Positions 38,462 through 48,517 of a DNA stretch of 64,000 bases are shown here, piece by piece. Source of the DNA: an uncultured Phycisphaerales bacterium (GTDB taxonomy: Bacteria; Planctomycetota; Phycisphaerae; Sedimentisphaerales; Anaerobacaceae); NCBI GenBank assembly GCA_963718665.1, contig OY970359.1, positions 2,016,001 through 2,080,000 of the forward strand. Direction: 5' to 3'. The notes beneath the pieces were generated by a model that was given only the letters and a program-made list of their open reading frames with translations, was not told the origin of the DNA and ran no database searches. A program made the position numbers and the translations under genes. The first letter of the stretch is position 1. The number at the start of each line of letters is the position of its first letter.

Positions 38462-41449
38462 ATGACTGTGAATTTTTCTGACCCGCCTGTGCGGCCAGAG
38501 AGAGTATCTTTGTTTCGTTTTGGCGTTTATGTCTCCTTTTTCCTCTCAGGTCTTACCTCTCTGCTTTTTGAGGTCATTTGGAGTCGTCAGTTTGTAACTG
38601 TCTTTGGCAACAGCTCTTACGCCATTAGTATCGTTCTCTGCGCTTATATGACGGGTATCGGCCTTGGCGGACTTCTCGGTGGTCGGCTCGCTGACCGTCT
38701 TACCCCGCGAATCTTTGCCTTTGCCGTTGTTCAGGCGGTTATCGCTTTTTGTGCCCTGGCAATTCCGTCTATGCTCGACTGGATGAGATTGCTCGTTCCC
38801 ACACTCTCCGTCTTGTCGCCTCATTCATTGTTGATTAGCGCCCTCGCCCGATTCGGCTTATCTTTCGCCATCCTCGTAGTGCCTTGTTTCCTTATGGGCA
38901 CAACCCTGCCTCTGCTCGTCCGGGCGGTTACAGATTCCGACAAAATTATCGGTTCTCGTATCGGCCTTTTGTATTGCGTCAATACCCTCGGCGCCGCGCT
39001 TGGCTGCCTGGCAGGGGGGTTCTGGCTCACAAGCACACTTGGTCTGCGTGAAACCAATTTTCTCGCCGTAATCATCAATTTTGTCATTGCTGTCCTGGCC
39101 CTGGCGCTTTCCATGTATAAAGCCCCCGTTCCGGCTGCCATCCCAATACATCAAACACAAAGGCCCCGGGATTATCACGAGCCGAGGGTATCCTCATCAC
39201 TACTTTTGGCCATCGGGTTTCTCAATGGTCTGGCAGCGCTCGCCTGCGAGGTCTTCTGGATTCGATATATGTCATTTATGGTTAATTCGACTTACGTCTT
39301 CCCCACTATCCTCTGCATTTATCTCCTCGGTGCGGGACTGGGCAGCTTGATATATGGCTTGTTGGCGGAGCGAATACGTCGCCCGGCGCAAATACTCGGC
39401 ATAGTAGAGTTGTTGATGGCGATATTTGTTCCTGCTGCCTTTATTACGAGCGCCTTTGTTTTTATTAACGGCTCTCCGCCGACGCCCGACCAGAAAGGCA
39501 TAGCGCTGCTCGCTGTCTTTGTTCCCACTGTACTGATGGGTTTTGCTTTCCCGCTTTTATGCACCGTTTATGGCAGAGGCCTGCAAACCCTCGGCAGCCG
39601 CACAGGCCTGCTCTTCGCGGTCAATACCATAGGGACCATCCTCGGTTCCCTTTTGCCGATGTTTCTCTTTATACCGTTCCTCGGCATACAATTGAGTTTG
39701 TTGCTCGTATCTGTGCTTTATGGCGCTATGGGTCTTGTTCTCTTGGTATTCACCTCTCTGAAGAATCGCCCCTCAATACTCACTGTTACGTTGCCGGCAG
39801 CGGGCGTATATGCCGTCGTTTTATTCCTGTTTTTTGCCGTCGTTCCCTCTGACCTCTGCAAGCAGGTATTCCTCGCCACCGATTTTGATTTGGCTAAGCA
39901 CACGGATATTCTCTTCTACCGCGAGGGCCGCACCGGCACAGCCGTCGTAACCCGGGACCGCATCAGTGATTGCAGAACAGTTTATATCAATGGCGTATCT
40001 GAAGTCCCTCTCCTCTACCCCCATCTGCTCTGCTTCAAAATGATTGGCGACCTCGCCCCAATGCTCCATCCCGCCCCCGATGATGTCCTGATGATATGTT
40101 TTGGCGGAGGTGTGGCCGCCGGCGCTACCTCGGTTTTGCCCGATGTCAAATCGCTCACTATTGTTGACCTCGAACAAAGCGTCGTCAAAGCTGCCTCGCT
40201 GCTGTCCCATGAAAATAATAATCTCCTCCAAAACCCAAAAGCGCACGTCGTCATTGACGACGGCCGCAATTACATAATGACCTCGCAGCGCAAATGGCCC
40301 GTCATTGTCTCCGATTCCACCCATCCCAAATCCGGCGACAGTTGGGTCCTCTACACTCAGGAATTTTACCGGCAGGTCCGCGACCACCTCACTGACGACG
40401 GCGTCTTCGTCGAGTGGGTCCCCATTCATGGCCTGTCTCTCGACGAGTTCAAAATCATCGCACGCACATTCCAGTCCGTCTTCCCTCACGCCAGCTTGTG
40501 GGTCATTCACGGCTTTGATGAGCAGGCAAAATTGGGCTCTTATGTTCTTTTTGCCGCGACACCACAATCTTTGAAAATAGACGTGGCCAAACTCCAGGCA
40601 CGCCTCAGCGCAGAACCCGTCCGCCGCGACCTTGAACCCTACGGCCTTCATACCCCCGCCGGCTTTCTTGACGCTTTCCTCTGTGCTGAAAATTCACTCC
40701 GGCGATGGACCGGCCCCGGCCCCGTCAATACCGATGACCTCCCTCTGACTCAGTATATGACGCGATATTCCACGGGCCCGATGTTCCGTAGCTCTGATTT
40801 CCTCGAACCAATGGAAGGTGTCTGGCCATTCCTTTTCAATACCGGCTCAGAAGAAGACGCAAAGCAGTTGCGAGATGCCATTGCGCTCCGCGTTAAAGTT
40901 AATCGCTTTGCTCTTACGGGGCGCCTCGATAAGGCCTACGCTGTTCTTCCCGACGATATTCGATACCGGCAAATGAAAAATATCTACGAAAAAGGGCCCC
41001 AATACATCAATACCCTCGTGGACCTCTTTAGTGATAATCCCAGAGTCCTCCAATTGCTCGCGCTTCTGCGTATCTCAGGCCCCGGTGGTCTCCAGGCCGC
41101 CGCCCCTATATATCAACGGATTTTGAAGCTCGACCCCAAAAACGTCAATGCCCTCAACTCGCTTGGCGCTATTTGTATAAACGCCAATCTCCTCCCGCAG
41201 GCGCAAAATTATCTCACCTTAGCCATCCAGCAGCAGCCTGATTACCTTATCGCTCACTACAACCTCGGCATTGCCCTTTACCGTCAGGGCCGCACGCAGG
41301 AAGCCCTCCGGCATATTCGTTTTTGTCTGAGCAAAGACCCCGGCAATCAGGCCGCCAAAAATATGTTGACCTACATCGAAAATCCCCCTAAATCCGCTCC
41401 CAAGGATAATAATTCCATCTCAACCGTCGTTTCCCAAAGCCAAAATTGA
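38462..41449 (+). CDS. Fused MFS-like/spermidine-synthase membrane protein with C-terminal TPR
   Basis: SGLTSLLFEVIW, LMGTTLP, ICFGGG, DDGRNY, LYTQEFY; TPR AHYNLG. Confidence 0.85.
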   Translation: MTVNFSDPPVRPERVSLFRFGVYVSFFLSGLTSLLFEVIWSRQFVTVFGNSSYAISIVLCAYMTGIGLGGLLGGRLADRLTPRIFAFAVVQAVIAFCALAIPSMLDWMRLLVPTLSVLSPHSLLISALARFGLSFAILVVPCFLMGTTLPLLVRAVTDSDKIIGSRIGLLYCVNTLGAALGCLAGGFWLTSTLGLRETNFLAVIINFVIAVLALALSMYKAPVPAAIPIHQTQRPRDYHEPRVSSSLLLAIGFLNGLAALACEVFWIRYMSFMVNSTYVFPTILCIYLLGAGLGSLIYGLLAERIRRPAQILGIVELLMAIFVPAAFITSAFVFINGSPPTPDQKGIALLAVFVPTVLMGFAFPLLCTVYGRGLQTLGSRTGLLFAVNTIGTILGSLLPMFLFIPFLGIQLSLLLVSVLYGAMGLVLLVFTSLKNRPSILTVTLPAAGVYAVVLFLFFAVVPSDLCKQVFLATDFDLAKHTDILFYREGRTGTAVVTRDRISDCRTVYINGVSEVPLLYPHLLCFKMIGDLAPMLHPAPDDVLMICFGGGVAAGATSVLPDVKSLTIVDLEQSVVKAASLLSHENNNLLQNPKAHVVIDDGRNYIMTSQRKWPVIVSDSTHPKSGDSWVLYTQEFYRQVRDHLTDDGVFVEWVPIHGLSLDEFKIIARTFQSVFPHASLWVIHGFDEQAKLGSYVLFAATPQSLKIDVAKLQARLSAEPVRRDLEPYGLHTPAGFLDAFLCAENSLRRWTGPGPVNTDDLPLTQYMTRYSTGPMFRSSDFLEPMEGVWPFLFNTGSEEDAKQLRDAIALRVKVNRFALTGRLDKAYAVLPDDIRYRQMKNIYEKGPQYINTLVDLFSDNPRVLQLLALLRISGPGGLQAAAPIYQRILKLDPKNVNALNSLGAICINANLLPQAQNYLTLAIQQQPDYLIAHYNLGIALYRQGRTQEALRHIRFCLSKDPGNQAAKNMLTYIENPPKSAPKDNNSISTVVSQSQN

Positions 41450-41684
41450 CGCTCTGTACAATCCGTTTTCAAATCGCCAATCAGCAATCGACAATTATTT
41501 AATCCGCATTTTCTTCCTGATAACCTGATTATCTGGTACCCTGATTACCTCTGTCATCCGTCTTCCGTCTTCCGGTCTAATTTCCCCTTGACGCTCTTCC
41601 CCCAAGCCGTTAGCGTATATCCCCGTTGTGATATAGGTAGGGCGGGGTAAACCCCGCCGATTTGATATCCTGTGGATTTGGAAT

Positions 41685-42500
41685 ATGGTTGTTGACTGCC
41701 ATACGCATATTCGAAGCGCAAGTATGCAAAATCTTGACGCCTCGGAGCATCTCGCCGCAGCCGATGTGGTTGATAAATGCATTATTCTGGCATCCAGTTT
41801 GCCAAGTGATGTTGTCGGTGGTGGTGAGCAGGACAGTTCCTCCGAACAGGTCAACAAACATTTGAGCCAGTACGTCACTCGATACGAACGGAAAATGATT
41901 GGCTTTGCCTTCATCGACCCTCTCACCGATGGCGTCGGCGTTAAAAACCTCAAGGCATCCACTGAAAAACTCGGCCTCAAAGGCCTCGTCCTCTATTGCT
42001 CACAATCCGCCTTTCACCCCGCCCACACCAGGGCGATGCGGCTGTACGAATCCGCCCAGGATTTGCACCTGCCCGTCTTCTTTCACAATACCTCCGTCGG
42101 CCAGGGAGGCATCCTCGAATACGCCTACCCATTCCTCCTCGACGAGGTTGCCCGCACCTTCCCGGAGCTCAAAATCATCGTGGGCAATATGGGCTTCCCA
42201 TTTTATGAACAAACCCTCTGCCTTGTTGCCAAACACAAAAACGTCTTCGCTGACCTCTCCGTAAAACCCGGCAACGTCTGGCAGATTTATAATGTCGTTG
42301 CCTCCGCTTATGAGCAGGGTGTGATGGATAAGCTCCTCTTCGGCAGCGCCTTCCCCGCCGCCAAGGCGGAGGATTGTATGGAGGCCCTTTTTGGCTTCAA
42401 TAAGCTTTTGGCAGGCGCAAATCTCCCTGTCGTCCCCCGCTCGGCCATCCAGAGTGTTATCGAACGCGAAACCCTTAAACTCCTCGGCATTGAAAAATAG
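41685..42500 (+). CDS. Amidohydrolase-2 family protein
   Basis: DCHTH, LPVFFH, DEVARTFPELK, LLFGS. Confidence 0.8.
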   Translation: MVVDCHTHIRSASMQNLDASEHLAAADVVDKCIILASSLPSDVVGGGEQDSSSEQVNKHLSQYVTRYERKMIGFAFIDPLTDGVGVKNLKASTEKLGLKGLVLYCSQSAFHPAHTRAMRLYESAQDLHLPVFFHNTSVGQGGILEYAYPFLLDEVARTFPELKIIVGNMGFPFYEQTLCLVAKHKNVFADLSVKPGNVWQIYNVVASAYEQGVMDKLLFGSAFPAAKAEDCMEALFGFNKLLAGANLPVVPRSAIQSVIERETLKLLGIEK

Positions 42501-42511
42501 AACTTGGAACT

Positions 42512-44044
42512 ATGGTTCATCATTTGTTCAAAAGAAAGTCGCTGGGGTTGCTGCATGAGGAAATGAAGGGTGACAATCGCCTGAGAAGGATCCTTGGCCC
42601 ATGGTCGCTGACAAGTTTGGGAGTTGGCTGCATCATAGGTGCTGGCATATTTGTTATCACTGGCTACGTCGCTCATTTCAAAACCGGCCCTGCGCTGTTG
42701 CTCTCCTTCGTTGTGGCGGGGATGGCCTGTATATTTTCCGCGTTGTGTTACGCTGAATTCGCCTCGATGGCCCCGGTCGCCGGCTCTGCTTATACCTATG
42801 CTTATGCTACTCTCGGCGAATTGCTCGCCTGGATAATCGGATGGGACCTTATTCTTGAATACACCGTGGCTTCCGCCTCCGTAGCCCACGGCTGGTCGAA
42901 ATACTTTCAGAATTTTATCGGGATGTTCCATATCAAAGTTCCGCTACTCTTCTCCGGTGCTCCCTTTGACTACAATCCCTCCAGCGGAATCTTTATGCAA
43001 ACGGGAAGTTTATTCGACCTCCCGGCCCTCGTTATCGTCGCCATTATTACTATCGTCCTGGTGATTGGCATACATGAAAGCTCGCGCTTTAATAACGTGA
43101 TGGTGGCAATCAAGGTCTCTGTGGTGGTTCTCGTCATTGTTGTCGGGGCGTTTTATGTCAAAGCCGCCAACTGGCATCCCTTCGCTCCGTTTGGCTGGGC
43201 AGGACTGAGCATTTTCGGCAAGACCTTCTGGGGACAGACCGGCGCGGACGGCGCGCCTGTTGGAATGCTCGCCGGTGCCGCGATGATATTCTTCGCCTAC
43301 ATCGGGTTTGATTCGGTTTCGACTCATGCCGAAGAGGCGCGCAATCCTCAGCGTGATGTCCCCATAGGAATCATCGCCTCTCTTATTATTTGCACCGTCT
43401 TGTATATTGCCGTCACAATCGTCCTCACCGGCATGGTCCCCTATGACCAGATTGATACCGATGCCCCTGTCGCTGCGGCGTTCCAGCGCGTCGGTCTGTA
43501 CTGGGGGCAGTTTGTCATCTCCCTTGGCGCCGTCGCCGGTATCACTTCCGTTATGCTCGTGCTTATGCTCAGTCAGCCCCGCGTCCTTCTCGCGATGTCT
43601 CGGGATGGTTTGCTTCCCCCCTCGTTTTTCGCCGCTGTACATCCCCGATTCCGCACGCCCTGGAAATCGACCATTCTTACGGGTATCGCTGTCGGCTCTA
43701 TGGCCTCGCTTATCCCCCTCGGCATACTCGCCGAACTGGTCAATATCGGCACACTTCTTGCCTTTGTCATCGTCTGTACCGCTGTCCTCGTCATGCGATA
43801 TATAAATCCGCAGGCACACCGCCCATTCCGTTGTCCGTTCGTACCGGTAATTCCGCTCTTGGGCGTATTGTTTTGCCTCGTTCTGATGTTCTCTCTTCCC
43901 TCTGCCAACTGGCTCCGATTGTTTATATGGATGTCCGTGGGCGTTATTATTTATTTCCTGTATGGCCGCCATCATAGCGTTTTAGCTCGCCACAGGGCCG
44001 CTGAGCGTCTTACCCACAAAGACAACTATACCTGGCAGGATTAA
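42512..44044 (+). CDS. APC amino acid permease (cationic amino acid transporter-like)
   Basis: GCIIGAGIF, YAEFASMAPVAGSAY, FAYIGFD, EEARNPQRDVP. Confidence 0.92.
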   Translation: MVHHLFKRKSLGLLHEEMKGDNRLRRILGPWSLTSLGVGCIIGAGIFVITGYVAHFKTGPALLLSFVVAGMACIFSALCYAEFASMAPVAGSAYTYAYATLGELLAWIIGWDLILEYTVASASVAHGWSKYFQNFIGMFHIKVPLLFSGAPFDYNPSSGIFMQTGSLFDLPALVIVAIITIVLVIGIHESSRFNNVMVAIKVSVVVLVIVVGAFYVKAANWHPFAPFGWAGLSIFGKTFWGQTGADGAPVGMLAGAAMIFFAYIGFDSVSTHAEEARNPQRDVPIGIIASLIICTVLYIAVTIVLTGMVPYDQIDTDAPVAAAFQRVGLYWGQFVISLGAVAGITSVMLVLMLSQPRVLLAMSRDGLLPPSFFAAVHPRFRTPWKSTILTGIAVGSMASLIPLGILAELVNIGTLLAFVIVCTAVLVMRYINPQAHRPFRCPFVPVIPLLGVLFCLVLMFSLPSANWLRLFIWMSVGVIIYFLYGRHHSVLARHRAAERLTHKDNYTWQD

Positions 44045-44290
44045 GCTCTTGTCTATAAAAAAACAGCCGACGTTTGAGGAACGCCGGCCGTTCATCCTAG
44101 TGAAAAACAGTTTTTCGAACTATGGTACTCTTTATACACTACGAGTGGATGAAACCCCTATTGGGAATTTGCTTATTACAAATTAGGCGATTGCTTAGGT
44201 GGCCATACGAAAAATTTTCTTTATTATTTGTTGAAAGCGCAAGGCAGGTATGGATAGAATTAGAGGAATAATTAAAGATTGGAGGCAAAT

Positions 44291-45043
44291 ATGAATCGCA
44301 GAACATTTTTGAAAAGCGTGCCCGCCCTGACGCTGCTGGCCGCGGCAAAGCCGAGTTTTGCTGAGGACATCAACGCAATATCCACTCCCGCCCGCGACAC
44401 AAATACAGTGATTCCTTCCGTGTCTGACCTTCAGCCAATCGCGCTTGTGCCTCCCCAAATGGATGGCGGCAAAAGCGTCCTTGCGGCCCTGAAAGAAAGG
44501 AAAACCATACGCGACATTCGCGACGAGAAGCTCCTCCCCCAGATGCTTTCTAATCTTCTCTGGGCGGCCTGGGGCGTGAATCGCAAGAGCGGGCCGTTCG
44601 GCCAGATTGGAAGGACCGCCGCCTCAGCAAGCAATTCTCAGGAAATAGACCTTTACGTCGTTTTGCCCGAAGGAACATACATCTACGAGCCGGTCAACCA
44701 TCGTCTTTATCCTGTCGTCGCGGGCGACCTGCGTCCAAAGGTCAGTGCCCACGGCCGCAACGGCTCAATGACGAAAGCCCCGGTAATTCTCATCTATGTC
44801 GTTGATATCGCCAAATACGGCAAGTCCCGATTGCAGGAGCCCGGCCTGAGAGATATGGAGATACAAAAATCTTATTACAACGTTGCGACCGGCCTCATTG
44901 CGGGAAATGTTTATTTGTTCGCCGCCTCCCAGGGTCTGGCCGCGTGGTTCCACAACTGTAATAAGCCGGCGCTCGCCGCGGAATTGACACTCCGCCCCCA
45001 GCAACGCGTCCTCTATGCCCAGACCGTCGGCTTACCGGCATAA
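44291..45043 (+). CDS. Nitroreductase-family (SagB/ThcOx-like) flavoprotein with Tat signal
   Basis: NRRTFLK; ALKERKTIR, LSNLLWAAWG, RTAASASN, NVYLFAASQGL. Confidence 0.85.
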   Translation: MNRRTFLKSVPALTLLAAAKPSFAEDINAISTPARDTNTVIPSVSDLQPIALVPPQMDGGKSVLAALKERKTIRDIRDEKLLPQMLSNLLWAAWGVNRKSGPFGQIGRTAASASNSQEIDLYVVLPEGTYIYEPVNHRLYPVVAGDLRPKVSAHGRNGSMTKAPVILIYVVDIAKYGKSRLQEPGLRDMEIQKSYYNVATGLIAGNVYLFAASQGLAAWFHNCNKPALAAELTLRPQQRVLYAQTVGLPA

Positions 45044-45072
45044 GTTCAATCTCGCTAATTTGCCGTGAAACA

Positions 45073-45689
45073 TTAGTCGATAGTCGTTTGTATTTCGACG
45101 TTGTAATCTTCCCGCGGGAAATTCAGCCGGGCAAATTCGCCATGGTACTTTATGGCCGCCGCGTCGTATGCCCTTGCTGCTTCGATTTCGGAATCGAAGC
45201 GTCCAAGCCATATACTCTTATTGTTATTGCGGATGGTAGTGACCCATAAGCCCCTGCTCTTTTCAAAAGAAACCCCGATATATTGCGATGAGGTTTTTAT
45301 TTTCATCTTTTTCCTGTTGCTCATGTTCTGCGAGTGGGTTGCTAATCGCAGGTTGCTCCTTCGATTATCCAGAGGGTCCGTGTTTCTGTGGTCAACAAGA
45401 GACCCCTTTGGATGGTTCATTATTTCCCTGTGCATCGAAACCATCACTGCCCCTTTTTTTAACGTATCGACGAACCGTATTGCGTATGTCTTGCCGAAGC
45501 ATGTTTCGCGCACCATCCGAAGTTGCCTAATCGGTAATAATCCTCCTCATCCACAACCGCGAATTTCCCGTCCGTCAGCTCTATCTTGCGATACCCCTCT
45601 CCGTCCTTCCATTTCCGCCACATTACCACTGGCCACGCGCAAACCCTGTCTAACCAGTTTGGAACGTTGATTGTTAAGTTAACTTTCAT
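45073..45689 (-). pseudogene. HNH-AP2 endonuclease, split by a 1-nt frameshift near 45505
   Basis: N-part KFAVVDEEDY; C-part MHREIM..VDHRN..DNRRSNLR (HNH) and LGRFDSEIEAARAYDAAA..HGEFARLNF (AP2). Confidence 0.8.
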
Positions 45690-45771
45690 ATCCTTATCCA
45701 CCTCCTTGTCCCCGAGTGTCTGCTCACTTGGCAGGCAACAGGGGACCCATTTTTTCGTAGCTTTGCGGAGA

Positions 45772-45808
45772 CCCCCGCGTCTCGTTTTGCAAAGCAAAAC
45801 GGCGGGGG
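45772..45808. repeat. 37-bp hairpin element, inverted copy at 53104-53140
   Basis: CCCCCGCGTCTCGTTTTGC-AAA-GCAAAACGGCGGGGG; copies differ only in the loop. Confidence 0.85.
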
Positions 45809-45822
45809 CATACTTTACTACA

Positions 45823-45853
45823 CTAACCACTAACGACTAACCACTAACGACTA
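45823..45853. repeat. Heptamer tandem array (CTAACCA/CTAACGA)x4
   Basis: Direct reading. Confidence 0.85.
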
Positions 45854-46023
45854 TGGATAGACCCACGAGGTCTCTCCATAATTGGCGCGAACTTGCGCGC
45901 TTTTGACGAAAACTAAGGTATTTCCTGATGGGGTCAAAATTGATAAGTCCTTATGCCGCAAAGAGTAAAAAAATTTTATTTTTTTTGCATCTAAGGGTTT
46001 TCGACCTGCGCGAAAATGGATAA

Positions 46024-46068
46024 CAGTTGTATCATACAACTGTATCAAACAAGTGTATCAAACGACTG
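46024..46068. promoter_or_regulatory. Palindrome CAGTTGTATCATACAACTG within three 13-bp direct repeats
   Basis: TGTATCATACAAC, TGTATCAAACAAG, TGTATCAAACGAC. Confidence 0.5.
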
Positions 46069-46325
46069 TTCGTATCCAGAATTTAAGCCCTTATAACCAA
46101 AGAGGTTACAGCAAAAATGACCACGAAAAAAGAGCGGTTTTTAAGCCACAAAAATGCACAAAAAACACACAAAAAATAGCCCTTCTCCGACAGGCACTTA
46201 TTGATAACTGCTTAATAAAATAATGGGGTTACGTTGCTTTTTGATGTCCCCATAGCCGCTATTTTTTCATGCGAAAATTAGCGCCCAAGTGAACGCCGCT
46301 TGCCCCAGCAATAAAGTTGCTGGGG

Positions 46326-46934
46326 TTATAATTTTATGAATTTGGCTAAAAATCTTGGCCTTGCGTAAAACGCCCTTGATGTGGAACCGTGTCCGGCACC
46401 TTTTGTCCTCGGCTGGATATAATATCCCATTTTTCCTGTCAAAGCGCTAAATCCTTTATCAGGATCGAGCAAAGTACTTTGGACAAGATCGTAATCTGCT
46501 TTCACAGCATCATACAATTCGCCATGTAAATCAAATTCTATAACAGAATGAATATAGCTTGGCTCATCAACGTTTTTGCCGACGGTCCTCGCCACAACCA
46601 CTATTTTCCTAAGCTTTGCGAGAAGATGGCTTTCTTCAAACTCCTTCTGGCAAACATTCACAGGATCGATCATCGTAATCGCCATCGTTTCTTTGAACGC
46701 AATTTCCCCGCTTTTTTTGTACTTGAGCGGAATCGATTTTAATTCCCATGAACCAAAATTAGGAGATTGAGCCGAATTAAGGGGCATTTCAAGATAACGC
46801 TCAAATACATGTCCAGCCCAGCCCTTGTTCACTTTCCCATCCTGGTATATCGTTACATTATATTTATGAGCAAGCTCGTGAAGCTCTTTGCCGACAAGCT
46901 TTTTTAGATTCTTTATGGCCTCTGCTCTCTCCAT
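46326..46934 (-). CDS. MutH/Sau3AI-family PD-(D/E)XK endonuclease
   Basis: NKGWAGHVFERYL, ELKSIPL, KETMAIT, YIQPRTKG, RAFYAR. Confidence 0.8.
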   Translation of the reverse strand: MERAEAIKNLKKLVGKELHELAHKYNVTIYQDGKVNKGWAGHVFERYLEMPLNSAQSPNFGSWELKSIPLKYKKSGEIAFKETMAITMIDPVNVCQKEFEESHLLAKLRKIVVVARTVGKNVDEPSYIHSVIEFDLHGELYDAVKADYDLVQSTLLDPDKGFSALTGKMGYYIQPRTKGAGHGSTSRAFYARPRFLAKFIKL

Positions 46935-46946
46935 TGTATCTCTCGC

Positions 46947-47777
46947 CTATAAAGCCAATTCGCACACTTCCTTGGGATTTAAAAAGGTCGCTTGTTCCAA
47001 AACGTCTTGGATTCTTGGAATTGCCATATGGTCAAGATATTTTTGTTCCAAATCAATACCAACGAATTTTCTGTTATTCCTCAACGCCACTACGCCCGTT
47101 GTAGCGCTGCCGCAGAAAGGATCAAGAACAATATCACCTTCTTTGCTTGTTGCTAAAATGATTCTCTCTAATAATGCTTCCGGCTTCTGTGTGGGATGCT
47201 TGCCATATTTTTTCTCGCCATTTTTAGGAGTTGCTATTGCCCAGACGCTTCTCATTTGCTTGTTGGGTTTTTTTATAAAGTCCTCGCCCCAATTTCTATC
47301 CTTCACCAGTCTATAGTTGAAATAATGCTTTGCTTTTTTGTCTTTTCTGGCCCACAACAGTGTTTCATGGCTTGCGGTGAACATTCGACAGGCAAGATTC
47401 GGGGCTGCGTTCGGCTTAAACCAGCAAATATCATTTACAAGATGCCATTCTTGTTTCTGTAAGGCGAACCCGCATGCGTAAATAGAATGGTAAGTGCCTG
47501 ATATCCACAAAGAACCGCTTGGCTTCAATACACGACGACAGGCCTCAATCCAGTTGTAATGAAATTGGAAATCTTCTTCTATTCCTTTGCTTTTATCCCA
47601 GTTGCCTTTATTGACACTTACACGTTTGCCTGCATGACAGGTAAATCCGCCGTTGGAAAGGTTATAAGGCGGATCTGCGAAGATTAAATCAATACTTTCA
47701 GCTGGCAGGTCGTTTAACACTTCAACTGCATCGCCATTGAAAATTCTTACGTTTGTTCTTTTATAGTATGTTTGCAT
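46947..47777 (-). CDS. N6/N4 beta-class DNA methyltransferase (DpnA-like)
   Basis: IFADPPYNLSNGG..SVNKGNWD, HPTQKP, LDPFCGSATT. Confidence 0.9.
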   Translation of the reverse strand: MQTYYKRTNVRIFNGDAVEVLNDLPAESIDLIFADPPYNLSNGGFTCHAGKRVSVNKGNWDKSKGIEEDFQFHYNWIEACRRVLKPSGSLWISGTYHSIYACGFALQKQEWHLVNDICWFKPNAAPNLACRMFTASHETLLWARKDKKAKHYFNYRLVKDRNWGEDFIKKPNKQMRSVWAIATPKNGEKKYGKHPTQKPEALLERIILATSKEGDIVLDPFCGSATTGVVALRNNRKFVGIDLEQKYLDHMAIPRIQDVLEQATFLNPKEVCELAL

Positions 47778-47779
47778 TT

Positions 47780-48319
47780 CTACTTTTGCAATTTTTTTAA
47801 TAATTCCTCTATGTCTTTCCAACACCTTGCACGTCCATCGTATGGCGGAGGGTAATTAACATCTTCCTGCCCCCATATCCATTTATAAGCTCTTATCAGT
47901 GCTTCAGGACTTTCTCCTGTTTGGTTCCCTGAATTCAATTGAGCTATCAATGCATCATCGAGTTCTTTGCCATTATACACTTCTTCAAGAGCCTTTAAAA
48001 CTTTTATAGCATGATTAGGGTTGGATTTGGACTTTTCTTCTAAATCTTCATATATCTGCTTATGGGTAATTTGCCACAACTGATCGGGGGGAGTAAATAT
48101 GAAAACTAAAAAATCATCTTTTTTGATATTACCAAAAGGTCGTTTCCCGCCTGGTTTTGCAATTACAATCTTTCTGCCGTCGCAAAGTTTTTCAACTTCA
48201 TAACCTCTGTATTCAATCTGTTCTATACATTTAGCAAATTCTCTTGGAGGGCGATTCTCAATCCGTAGTTCTTTTAAGTCTATGCTATGCGTATATATGT
48301 TTTTTCGTTTTGAGGGCAT
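47780..48319 (-). CDS. Hypothetical protein at the head of the RM operon
   Basis: 179-aa low-GC ORF; stop lies 2 nt before the methyltransferase ATG. Confidence 0.7.
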   Translation of the reverse strand: MPSKRKNIYTHSIDLKELRIENRPPREFAKCIEQIEYRGYEVEKLCDGRKIVIAKPGGKRPFGNIKKDDFLVFIFTPPDQLWQITHKQIYEDLEEKSKSNPNHAIKVLKALEEVYNGKELDDALIAQLNSGNQTGESPEALIRAYKWIWGQEDVNYPPPYDGRARCWKDIEELLKKLQK

Positions 48320-48517
48320 TTGTTTTTTTCCACTGCGTAAATCGCCACAAATATTTTATTTGCCCGATTATCTGATTCTACGGTTTAAGGAAAAAACAAA
48401 CAAGGCAATTTTGGGAACTGCGTAAACAACGCCTAATGTTTTATATCTTGCGTTTCAACTAACAACATTCTTTAGTCCCTTCCGGGTTCCCCGTGGCCAG
48501 TCGGATGCTGTTACTAT

